This document shows positions 18,394 through 26,694 of a stretch of DNA of 32,000 bases, in pieces. The notes beneath the pieces are model-generated. The model did not search any database and was not told the DNA's origin. It saw only the letters and a program-made list of their open reading frames with translations. The translations under genes and the position numbers were made by a program. Location of the stretch: the NCBI GenBank assembly GCA_047651235.1, contig CP178758.1, positions 3,210,001 through 3,242,000 on the forward strand, read 5' to 3'. The DNA comes from Candidatus Electrothrix yaqonensis. Its GTDB lineage: Bacteria > Desulfobacterota > Desulfobulbia > Desulfobulbales > Desulfobulbaceae. Each line of letters opens with the position of its first letter. Positions within the stretch are counted from its first letter, which is position 1.

Positions 18394-19335
18394 ATGGAAT
18401 ACTACAAAATTCTCGGCGTCGAAAAAACAGCATCTGCTGCTGAGATCAAAAAGGCGTACCGTCAACTGGCCGTGAAATATCACCCGGACAAAAATCCGGA
18501 CGATAAAGAGGCGGAAGCCAAATTCAAACAGATCAGCGAGGCATATGCTGTCCTTTCCGACGAAAAAAAACGGCAGGAATACGATACCTACGGCTCGGCC
18601 GGATTTCAGCAGCGGTATTCCCAGGAAGACATTTTCCGGGGATTTGATCTGAATGATATCCTCAACCAGTTCGGTTTCGGTGGTGCAGGCGGCGGGCGCA
18701 CGACCTTCCGCTTCGGCGGATCATCAGGCGGCGGCAGTCCCTTTGACTTTTTCAGCCAAGGTCCCGGACAGGGAAGCGGATGCGGCGGGGGAGGATGCCG
18801 CCCGCAACCGGCCAAAGGACAGGATCAGACTTATGAACTGGCGGTTACCCTGCAGGATGTGCTGCACGGCGCGGAAAAGAATATCAGCCTGCGTCGGGAC
18901 GGCAACACCCAGAATATTTCCGTCAAAGTACCCAAGGGCATTGAGTCCGGCAAACGGCTGCGCCTGAGCGGCAAGGGTGCGCCTTCCCCTGCTGGCGGCC
19001 CGCCCGGTGACCTCTATCTCAAGGTGAATGTCCTGCCCCATCCGGAGTTCATCCGTGACGGCGACAACCTGATCATGGAAAAAAAAGTGCCGTTCAGTCA
19101 GGCGTGCATGGGCACTGCAGTGGAGATCAGCTCACTGGACGGAAGAAAATTCAAACTCAAAGTGCCTGCAGGAGTCCAGCGGGAGGCCAAGCTGCGGATC
19201 AAAGGGCATGGGCTGCCATCCGGCCCCATTGGCGAGCGCGGAGATATTTATGTTCAGATTTCTGCTGATGTGCCGAAGCAGTTGAGCAGCGAGCAGGAAG
19301 AAGCGGTCAGGAAGCTGGTGGAACTGGGGTTGTAG
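18394..19335 (+). CDS. cbpA: J-domain co-chaperone lacking the zinc-finger region (CbpA/DnaJ class II-like)
   Basis: J-domain [33 protein letters not shown], a G/F-rich region, two DnaJ C-terminal beta domains and no CxxCxGxG repeats. Confidence 0.85.
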   Translation: MEYYKILGVEKTASAAEIKKAYRQLAVKYHPDKNPDDKEAEAKFKQISEAYAVLSDEKKRQEYDTYGSAGFQQRYSQEDIFRGFDLNDILNQFGFGGAGGGRTTFRFGGSSGGGSPFDFFSQGPGQGSGCGGGGCRPQPAKGQDQTYELAVTLQDVLHGAEKNISLRRDGNTQNISVKVPKGIESGKRLRLSGKGAPSPAGGPPGDLYLKVNVLPHPEFIRDGDNLIMEKKVPFSQACMGTAVEISSLDGRKFKLKVPAGVQREAKLRIKGHGLPSGPIGERGDIYVQISADVPKQLSSEQEEAVRKLVELGL

Positions 19336-19422
19336 GCCTGTTCCGCTGCATCATCTGGGATCGGAGCCGTTCTTTGCTCCGGGGACTCTCTTTTCTGTTC
19401 TGTTGACCCTTAACCTTGACCT

Positions 19423-20262
19423 TCAAAGATCCTGCAGCCTGCTTCGCATCCGTTGCTTGACGGCATGATCCCGATGATCGGTTTCGGGAAGCTGCAGGGC
19501 CTGCCGGTAGACTTTTTCTGCCTGCTCAGGCTTGTCCATATATTCATAGGTGCGGCCCAGGTGGAAATAGGTATACACCGGACTTGTTGTCCGTAATGTG
19601 AGAGCCTTTTGAAACGAGCGCACTGCGTCTTCATAGGTTCCGTCAGGAAGTTCACCGAAAAAAAGACGGGCAAAGGCCTTGAGAAAACCGTTGAGACTTG
19701 CCACCTCCTGGTAATACACCCCCAGAACAATATAGGCATCAGCATAGTTCGGATTCAGCTCAATCGCCTTTTGCGTATTGTGCAGGACATAGCCTGACAG
19801 CTTCACCTTTTCCTTGCTCCCCCGCAGCAGGGCAAGATTTCCGTAACTCACAGCGAGCAGATAATAGCTCTCCGCCTTTTCCGGAAATTTTTTCTGCAGC
19901 TCTTCAGCGTGCCGGACAGCCTGTTCAAAATAGGGTTCTGCTTTTTCTGAAGCAAGGTCTTCCCCGATATCATTATAGGCCTGAATCATTTTGGCATGAT
20001 ATGCAAAGCGGTCCGGAGCGATTGTATGCGCTTTTTTATAGTATGCCAGCGCAGTCGGATTATCAAACCGCTGCCGGGCCGCATCACCCTGCCGAGCCAG
20101 CTCCTGACCAGTTTCCAGATCCGTCTGCGCCTGCACGGTCGCTGCTGTTAAAAGACAAAAAGCAAAAAACAGAAAAATCCATATACCGGAATACTGCAGA
20201 GCCGTCGGTTGTACCGGAAGTTTCCTGTAATCTGAACGGGTTTTCATCATCTCAGGTATCAT
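19423..20262 (-). CDS. Exported or membrane-anchored TPR-repeat protein
   Basis: N-terminal hydrophobic segment IWIFLFFAFCLLTAATVQA, followed by repeated A..YY..A/.P.-type TPR helices. Confidence 0.7.
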   Translation of the reverse strand: MIPEMMKTRSDYRKLPVQPTALQYSGIWIFLFFAFCLLTAATVQAQTDLETGQELARQGDAARQRFDNPTALAYYKKAHTIAPDRFAYHAKMIQAYNDIGEDLASEKAEPYFEQAVRHAEELQKKFPEKAESYYLLAVSYGNLALLRGSKEKVKLSGYVLHNTQKAIELNPNYADAYIVLGVYYQEVASLNGFLKAFARLFFGELPDGTYEDAVRSFQKALTLRTTSPVYTYFHLGRTYEYMDKPEQAEKVYRQALQLPETDHRDHAVKQRMRSRLQDL

Positions 20263-20263
20263 C

Positions 20264-21007
20264 TCAGGAAAGCAGGCCTGTTATATCTTCGACTAACTGT
20301 TCCACCGGCGTGTCATTGTCCCAGGTTATAGCCAGGCAGGTGTCATCGTCGGAAAATCGTTTATCCACTTCCAATAAGGCATGAGTAACCGTTCCGGTGG
20401 GCACAAAAGAAACCTCAATCTCCTGAATCTCGAACAGCGCATTTTCATTAGGTTTGAATTCAAGCTCCTGATATACGCCGGAAACCGATCTGAAGGAGTC
20501 ACCCTCCAGATATCCCTTTTCCACATCAGTCTGAAATAACGTATATCCGCAACCTTCCATCGCTTCCAGAAAATTGACCATTGCCGGGGTGGGCAGCACA
20601 GTCAGATAATCCTTGTCCGAAGCATCCAGCGCCATGTCGATTTCCAGTCCGGTCTGAAGCCAGACACGACTTTTGTTGTTGGGACAGGAGATTGCGGTAA
20701 TCGGGGTTTCTGGGTGGATCGTCGCCTCAAACGGAATGATCTTTTCCTCACCGGGCTGCAGGTCAAGCGCATCCGTCACCTTCCAGGTCTGCAGGGCAAT
20801 ATTACTCAGATATTCCTTATCGTCGGACTCCACCTCCGCCTGGGTCATCAGGGCCATATTTAACCCGCCGATGTTCTGCGCTACATCACCGCCTTTGACG
20901 ATGATCTCGGCCCGGAAGGTTTCACCGGGCATGAGCTGTTCATTTTCCAGAACAGCATCCACCTTTGCCGCACCGATTCCGACAGAAGCCAGCAGTTTCT
21001 TCAGCAT
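20264..21007 (-). CDS. SpoOM-family (sporulation-control-like, arrestin-fold) protein
   Basis: The start is trimmed to the ATG at 21007, preceded by AAGGAG. The N-terminus MLKKLLASVGIGAAKVDAVLENEQLMPGETFRAEIIVKGGDVAQ is characteristic of the SpoOM family. Confidence 0.75.
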   Translation of the reverse strand: MLKKLLASVGIGAAKVDAVLENEQLMPGETFRAEIIVKGGDVAQNIGGLNMALMTQAEVESDDKEYLSNIALQTWKVTDALDLQPGEEKIIPFEATIHPETPITAISCPNNKSRVWLQTGLEIDMALDASDKDYLTVLPTPAMVNFLEAMEGCGYTLFQTDVEKGYLEGDSFRSVSGVYQELEFKPNENALFEIQEIEVSFVPTGTVTHALLEVDKRFSDDDTCLAITWDNDTPVEQLVEDITGLLS

Positions 21008-21221
21008 GATTCTACTCCTTTTTTTTGGGGGAATGACTTTGTGTGCAAGACACCTGCGGACCAACGCCTCCCTTCTACAGATCGGGTCCATATTTTCTTC
21101 ATTTCCCAAACACTAACCTGTTTTCCCCAACTCGGTCAATCACAATCCGTGAAGCGGAGGTCAATCTGGATAAGACCGGCAGAAAATCCTCCAATAACCA
21201 ATGGCTGGGCAGGATTCAGTA

Positions 21222-21250
21222 TTGTCAGGTGATGCGGCACAGGATATGTT
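21222..21250 (+). promoter_or_regulatory. Candidate sigma70-type promoter for the 21297-25889 operon
   Basis: TTGTCA, 17 nt spacer, TATGTT, about 45 nt upstream of the AGGAGGG RBS and ATG at 21297. Confidence 0.3.
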
Positions 21251-21296
21251 TACATTGGAACAAAGATAACCGGCTGAAACCGAGCAGGAGGGCGTA

Positions 21297-21782
21297 ATGG
21301 AAGAATTGAAAATTTTTGTTGAACTGCCGCAGGAAGTGGAAAAATGGCTGATTCAGAACGAGACCAGTTTGGCGCGGCTGCTGCGGCAGCAGGGTGTGGA
21401 GGTGCGGGAAAGCCAAGATGTGAATCCCTTCCGGCAGGAGGACGGCAATGCGACTGAACGGGATATGAAACTGGTTCTTACCGTGACCAGTGCTGCCGTT
21501 GTGATTGTTGCTCTTGGTGTTGTAGCTGACAATATCCTCAAGACAATGAATAAAAAGCCGGTGTTCAGTATTGTCCGACGAGAGCGGGTCGTGCGTGATG
21601 CAAAGGGCGAAGTGGTGTTCGGCAAAGATGGCGAAGCAATCCGTGAATTTGAAGAAATTCCGTTGCTGCTGGAGCCAAGGGCGCAGGATTCAACAATGGG
21701 TGTTCAGTTGCAACTAAACGATCCGAAAACGGGCGACAAGTTTTTGCTGCGTATCGGCTCTTCCCATCAGGAGATAAAGTAA
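21297..21782 (+). CDS. Small single-pass membrane protein, first gene of the caspase-STAND operon
   Basis: 161-aa ORF with a strong RBS AGGAGGG. One TM helix, LVLTVTSAAVVIVALGVVADNIL. The stop lies 3 nt before the next start. Confidence 0.6.
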   Translation: MEELKIFVELPQEVEKWLIQNETSLARLLRQQGVEVRESQDVNPFRQEDGNATERDMKLVLTVTSAAVVIVALGVVADNILKTMNKKPVFSIVRRERVVRDAKGEVVFGKDGEAIREFEEIPLLLEPRAQDSTMGVQLQLNDPKTGDKFLLRIGSSHQEIK

Positions 21783-21785
21783 GCT

Positions 21786-23390
21786 ATGGCGTTTCGGGCC
21801 TTTGTTGTTGGGGCAAATTATGTTGATCTGAAATACGCTGAAAAAGATGCGCAGCGTATTGCCGATAGACTGCATGAACTTGCTTACGTACTTCCCGAAC
21901 CTCGGGTTCCTCCGCTTGGAGAGGATAAGAAAGCTATCCGTGAACGATTCGAAAAAGTTGCTTTTGACTGTAACCCGGAAGATACGCTGCTGTTTTATTT
22001 TGCCGGACATGGGCTGATTCACGAAGGTATACTTTGTTTGGTGCTTGATGGTTATGATCCATCTGCCAATCCGCTTCAGACCTGCTTGAACTTCAACGAT
22101 ATCAGCACAATCTTTCAAGGTGTTAGAGCAGCAGCTAAATTGGTTGTTCTTGACTGCTGCCATGCCGGAAAATCCTTTTCCCGTGTTGATTTCAATTTTT
22201 CCGATAACTATACAGTCCTTACTGCTTCAGAGTCTTTTAAAAAAGCGTTAGAGCTTAAAGACCACAAAGCCGGTTTCCTCAGCCACCACCTGCATAACGC
22301 CTTGACCGATGATCTGGAACAGGTTTCCCGTAACAGGCATGTCCTGCTGGGAAAGGTGCATCGTTATCTGAGGGAGAAGGTTCAAGAGCATAACCGCACC
22401 GCAGAACCATCTGACCGGGTTCCTGAAATCACCGATCTCTCAAAGCAGACAAAAGAAATCGTTCTGGCAGAGATCCCGGAAGATATGTCGCTGAAACCAA
22501 TCTACGGTCTTCAGCGCATCAACCATGCCTTTCTTGCTGCTCAAAAGGATAAAACCGGCCCGGAGTTCATCCCGGCAAATTTTTACGGAGCCATTCCAAA
22601 TGTGCAATGGTGGGGCGTTACCAATGATCTTGTATCTGAACAGAGCCTTTATCCTGCTGTGGAGGAGCATGTTCGGCAGGCGGTTAACGGCTATTTCCCG
22701 CTGATCGGAATTATTTACGGCAGCGGCGGCATGGGCAAGTCCATTCTTCTGCGCCGTCTTGGGGTGGCCTTGGCGGAGGAGTTTGATGTCTGGTGGCTGG
22801 AAGACACGGAGGAACTGCTCAAAGACAGAAAGGCTGCCGAGGAAAAGCTGCTGGAGTCCGGCAGGCCGCAGATTGTTCTCCTGGATGACTGGACAGCCTT
22901 GGAAGAGGATGCCCGTAAGGAATTGCGGACTTGGTTCAACCAGCTCAACAAGAGCGGCGACAGCAAGCAGCTCAAATTTGTTCTTACTGGTCGCAGTTGG
23001 AGCAACAGAGACTTATCAAAAAAGCTCATTTCTTCCGGTGGGCTGTTCGAGATGGACAAACAAAGTAATCTTGGTCAGGATAATCCTCTGCTTCTGGACA
23101 AAGCTGCCGAGGTTTTAAATGATCCTGAATGGCATGCCGCCGCCCAAGAGCTGCGTTCCACCAATCTAGCGCAGACCAAACCTTTTCATCTTCTCTTCGT
23201 CTTCATGCGGCTGGCACCGGAGAGCCTGCGGGAAAAGATCGCCAAAGGACAAGATGTAGCCTATATTTTTTCGGAGATCATTGAAAGCGATCTGGAAAGA
23301 CTGTGGCAGGATGAACACAGAAAAGGGCTGGCCGCCGCAGTCAGCACGATGGCATGGCTACACGTACAGTTTATAGCTGGAGCAGTATAA
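21786..23390 (+). CDS. N-terminal part of the split caspase-like / P-loop STAND NTPase / repeat protein
   Basis: Caspase dyad motifs LLFYFAGHG (His codon 22008-22010) and VVLDCCHAG (Cys codon 22158-22160). Walker A GSGGMGKS (22719-22742). Walker B IVLLDDW (22872-22892). The last 5 codons and the stop come from the MITE. Confidence 0.85.
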   Translation: MAFRAFVVGANYVDLKYAEKDAQRIADRLHELAYVLPEPRVPPLGEDKKAIRERFEKVAFDCNPEDTLLFYFAGHGLIHEGILCLVLDGYDPSANPLQTCLNFNDISTIFQGVRAAAKLVVLDCCHAGKSFSRVDFNFSDNYTVLTASESFKKALELKDHKAGFLSHHLHNALTDDLEQVSRNRHVLLGKVHRYLREKVQEHNRTAEPSDRVPEITDLSKQTKEIVLAEIPEDMSLKPIYGLQRINHAFLAAQKDKTGPEFIPANFYGAIPNVQWWGVTNDLVSEQSLYPAVEEHVRQAVNGYFPLIGIIYGSGGMGKSILLRRLGVALAEEFDVWWLEDTEELLKDRKAAEEKLLESGRPQIVLLDDWTALEEDARKELRTWFNQLNKSGDSKQLKFVLTGRSWSNRDLSKKLISSGGLFEMDKQSNLGQDNPLLLDKAAEVLNDPEWHAAAQELRSTNLAQTKPFHLLFVFMRLAPESLREKIAKGQDVAYIFSEIIESDLERLWQDEHRKGLAAAVSTMAWLHVQFIAGAV

Positions 23391-23478
23391 ACTGAATACA
23401 GGATCAGCTATCTGAAAGGCGTGAAGGCAAAACTTATGCCTCTTGTGGGCATATTCAAATTATGTTGCTCCAGCTATA
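23372..23478 (+). mobile_element. MITE copy B: 103-bp element at 23374..23476 flanked by TA/TA
   Basis: Identical to the reverse complement of 2258..2364. Removing 105 bp gives the continuous reading ...AWLHVQF-SPYFYFTKNALRN... Confidence 0.85.
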
Positions 23479-25889
23479 GTCCGTATTTTTATTTCACCAA
23501 AAATGCCCTGCGAAACCTAGTAGCCTACCGCAATCCGGACTATCCACTTCCACCATCCACAGATTGGGGAATTCCGCTGAAATATTATTTGTATGCCTAC
23601 CAAAATCCGACAAACAAGCGGGAGGATGCGGAAGAATATGTTGCCTTCATTAAAGACGACTTTGCTAAAAAGTTGTCTGAGGCGGACAGTTTCAGAGATT
23701 CCCCTTATGCGGAAAACTTCTGGCTGACTGATGCGGAGTTCATTATTCGGAAAGCGGATGTGTATTCCTCATCCATGCTGCTATACAGCATCTGCCAAAA
23801 GATGCTCAGTGAAGATCTCCCGAAAGACTGGACAGAGACGCAGATGAAGGCGATGATTCTTGCCCAACTTGAGCGGGACAACGGCCATCATGCCTATGCC
23901 TGGCTACTGCTGCAAGATGGCATCTTTACCGATGAAGCGGAACGCTGGGAGCTGATTGAGCTATATCTTGCCCTTGCGCCGAAGAATGTTCGGTTTGTAG
24001 TGCCGTTTTTGAAATGGGGAAAGAAGGCTGCGCTGAAACGGACTCGGTCTGTTGCCAAGAGTCTGCTGGAGGTGGAGGGGCAAGTTGCGGATGTCATCTG
24101 CACTGCTCTGAATTTTCTGGACAGAGACGAAGCCAAGCTGTTTGCCAAAGAGCTGCTGGATAAGGATGGGCAGGTTGCGGATGTCATCTGCGTAGCTCTG
24201 AATCTTCTGGACAGAGACGAAGCCAAGCTGTTTGCCAAAGAGCTGCTGGACGTGGAGGGGCAACATCCGTTTGTCATCTGCACTGCTCTGAATCTTTTGG
24301 ATCGTGAAGAAGCCAAGTCCTTTGCCAGAAAACTGTTGCTGGAGGAAAAAAGGCAGGAGCATCAAATTATCTGCACCGTGCTGAATCTGAATCTTTTGGA
24401 TCGTGAAGAAGCCAAGCCTTTTGCCAAAGAGCTGCTGGATAAGGATGGGCAGGTTGCGGATGTCATCTGCGTAGCTCTGAATCTTCTGGACAGAGACGAA
24501 GCCAAGCTGTTTGCCAAAGAGCTGCTGGACGTGGAGGGGCAACATCCGTTTGTCATCTGCACTGCTCTGAATCTTCTGGACAGAGACGAAGCCAAGCTGT
24601 TTGCCAAAGAGCTGCTGGAGGTGGAGGGGCAAGTTGCGGATGTCATCTGCACAGCTCTGAAGCTTTTGGACAGAGATGAAGCCAAAACTTTTGCCAGAAA
24701 GCTGCTGGACGTGGAGGGGCAACATCCGTTTGTCATCTGCACTGCTCTGAATATCCTGAACAAGGAGGAAGCCAGCCCCTTCGCCAGAAAACTATTGCTG
24801 GAGGAAAAAAGGCAGGAGCAGGAAATCATTTGCACCGTGCTGAATCTGAATCTTTTGGATCGTGAAGAAGCCAAGCCTTTTGCCAAAGAGCTGCTGGACG
24901 TGGAGGGGCAACATCCGTTTGTCATCTGCACTGCTCTGAATATCCTGAACAAGGAGGAAGCCAGCCCCTTTGCCAGAAAACTATTGCTGGAGGAAAAAAG
25001 GCAGGAGCAGGAAATCATTTGCACTGTACTGAATCTGAATCTTCTGGATAGTGAAGAAGCCAAACCTTTTGCCAGAAAACTGCTGGAGGTGGAGGGGCAA
25101 GTTGCGGATGTCATCTGCACAGCTCTGAAGCTTTTGGACAGAGACAAAGCCAAGCCTTTTGCCAGAAAGCTGTTGCTGGAGGAAAAAAGGCAGGAGCAGG
25201 AAATCATTTGCACCGTGCTGAATCTGAATCTTCTGGACCAAGAAGAAGCCAAGCCCTTTGCTTGGAAGCTGATTAAGGAGCCGAACCAGACGATGCAATT
25301 ACGCTGCGCCGCATTGCATGTTCTCGGCAAAGAAGCAGCGGATTACGCTGCACGGGTTCTGGACAACTGGAAAAAGGAGCCGTTCAATGTTGTGCTGCGC
25401 AGTCTCAACATTCTGCCGAAGGACAAAAAGACAGCAGAAATTATCACCTCATTGCTGAAACGCAAGAGGAAAACACATGAATACTTCAGGGTACTCGCTT
25501 TCCCCTTTCCTGCCGTTGCAGCATGGCAGCAGGAGGTTGAGAATATCGTCCGCAATTGGAAGTATAAGAATCGCAGAGCAGTTGCATCCGTGCTACCGCA
25601 TTATTTTGAGGATCCATATTTCCTGAAACAACCCTGTTTTGAAATTCTTGGCTGGTGGAAGCGCGATATAGAATACCAACGCAGAAAATTCCCTCAAAGT
25701 ATCTGCACAGATCATATCCTCATCGCCCTCGGCCATCCCCATCTCCGCGCCCCGGCAGGCCGAGTTGCCGCCGGAATGCTGCTGGATGAAAAAGAGCATC
25801 CCGGCTTTCTCGGCGAAAAGCTGCTTCAGGCCGCAGAGGACATTGTCAATGACGGCATATATCCTGATTGGGAAAACGAAGAAAACTGA
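23421..25889 (+). CDS. C-terminal part of the split caspase-STAND protein: helical linker plus tandem 30/33-aa repeats. Native coding resumes at 23477; the first 19 codons come from the MITE.
   Basis: It is in the same frame as 21786..23390. The GTG (23421) and ATG (23436) starts lie inside the MITE. There are 13 near-identical repeats and at least 2 degenerate ones. Confidence 0.8.
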   Translation: MKAKLMPLVGIFKLCCSSYSPYFYFTKNALRNLVAYRNPDYPLPPSTDWGIPLKYYLYAYQNPTNKREDAEEYVAFIKDDFAKKLSEADSFRDSPYAENFWLTDAEFIIRKADVYSSSMLLYSICQKMLSEDLPKDWTETQMKAMILAQLERDNGHHAYAWLLLQDGIFTDEAERWELIELYLALAPKNVRFVVPFLKWGKKAALKRTRSVAKSLLEVEGQVADVICTALNFLDRDEAKLFAKELLDKDGQVADVICVALNLLDRDEAKLFAKELLDVEGQHPFVICTALNLLDREEAKSFARKLLLEEKRQEHQIICTVLNLNLLDREEAKPFAKELLDKDGQVADVICVALNLLDRDEAKLFAKELLDVEGQHPFVICTALNLLDRDEAKLFAKELLEVEGQVADVICTALKLLDRDEAKTFARKLLDVEGQHPFVICTALNILNKEEASPFARKLLLEEKRQEQEIICTVLNLNLLDREEAKPFAKELLDVEGQHPFVICTALNILNKEEASPFARKLLLEEKRQEQEIICTVLNLNLLDSEEAKPFARKLLEVEGQVADVICTALKLLDRDKAKPFARKLLLEEKRQEQEIICTVLNLNLLDQEEAKPFAWKLIKEPNQTMQLRCAALHVLGKEAADYAARVLDNWKKEPFNVVLRSLNILPKDKKTAEIITSLLKRKRKTHEYFRVLAFPFPAVAAWQQEVENIVRNWKYKNRRAVASVLPHYFEDPYFLKQPCFEILGWWKRDIEYQRRKFPQSICTDHILIALGHPHLRAPAGRVAAGMLLDEKEHPGFLGEKLLQAAEDIVNDGIYPDWENEEN
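24054..25259 (+). repeat. In-frame tandem repeat array of 13 units (nine of 90 bp, four of 99 bp)
   Basis: Unit consensus: A(K/R)(E/K)LL-x8-(V/I)IC(T/V)(A/V)LN(LN)LLDR(D/E)EAK(L/P)F. A 156-bp block at 24141-24296 is identical to 24420-24575. The block at about 24708-24860 recurs at about 24897-25050 with a few SNPs. Confidence 0.9.
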
Positions 25890-26052
25890 GGCGGCAACAG
25901 TATTGCGGTCCTGCAGAGACGGCTCAATGTACAGACCCCGCAGGGTTTCCGGATCATGATCTCCTCCTTATGCTGTACCCGCCGGAATAAAAATGAGTCT
26001 TTTCTTTCCGGCGTTAAAACGCCGGTCTATTCTTGGGACTGATTGAGAATGA

Positions 26053-26379
26053 TCACCGCCCCTTCTCGCCAAAGGCACAGGCGGTGCCAGCAAGAGCGAA
26101 CAGAAACAGGCACGGCGCAAGTACCTTTCTTCTGCCGAAGCGGTCGGCCAGTATTCCCAGAACAGGCGTCAGGATGACACCGGGAACTGTAAAAACAGTG
26201 AGCAGCAGGCCGATATCCTTGGGGGATAGAGCCAGTTCCGCCACAATAGAGGGAAAGGCCGGGGTGATACTGGCAACTCCAAGGACCCCCATCAGAGTAA
26301 CAGCAAAGATAATCTGCAAATTTCTGTCCTGCCAGAGTTTTTCTCCGCCGGACGGCTGCGTTTCCTGCTCTGATTTCAT
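26053..26379 (-). pseudogene. 3'-truncated MFS transporter gene; only the first 3 TM helices remain
   Basis: 108-aa ORF with MFS motif A (GILADRFGRRKVL). It ends after TM3, and only about 160 bp separate it from the convergent STAND gene. Confidence 0.6.
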
Positions 26380-26597
26380 GGCGCTTTTTGCTCCGCAGCG
26401 TCTTGTCGTTCTCTACCTTCTGCAGAAGAATACTGTTTTTCTTTGTCCCGCAAAACATGATGCGGTCAGCCATCGTAGAGGCGGGGGCCGGTTTTGTCAA
26501 GCAAAAGCACGGAGGGCAGGTAAAAGTGTGAGATTCAGAACGGTTGTGCTTTTTTGCTGTCTGCGGCAATGAGAAGAAGGATCGTGAATCGTGAAAT

Positions 26598-26634
26598 GAA
26601 AAAAGAAAACCGGCTTCCAGCAGGAAACCGGTTT
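26598..26634 (-). terminator. Rho-independent terminator of the alpha/beta-hydrolase gene
   Basis: On the minus strand: AAACCGG, 14-nt loop, CCGGTTT, followed by TCTTTTTTC, about 60 nt after the stop at 26695. Confidence 0.6.
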
Positions 26635-26694
26635 GTTCAGCGCAATACAGCAGCTGGAATGTATTTCTGTCTGTCAGCTCGCTAATGCAGGAAA

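Noticed and set aside
24054-25259. CRISPR-like regular repeats
   Set aside because: The repeats are contiguous with no unique spacers. They are 90/99 bp long and maintain one long open reading frame, so they are coding tandem repeats.
23894-25330. Long antisense ORFs across the repeat array (23894..24316, 23961..24725, 24362..25330, 24981..25298)
   Set aside because: These are artefacts of a periodic, stop-free repeat. Their products are low-complexity (S/L/F/K-rich), have no RBS and lie fully inside the sense-strand gene.
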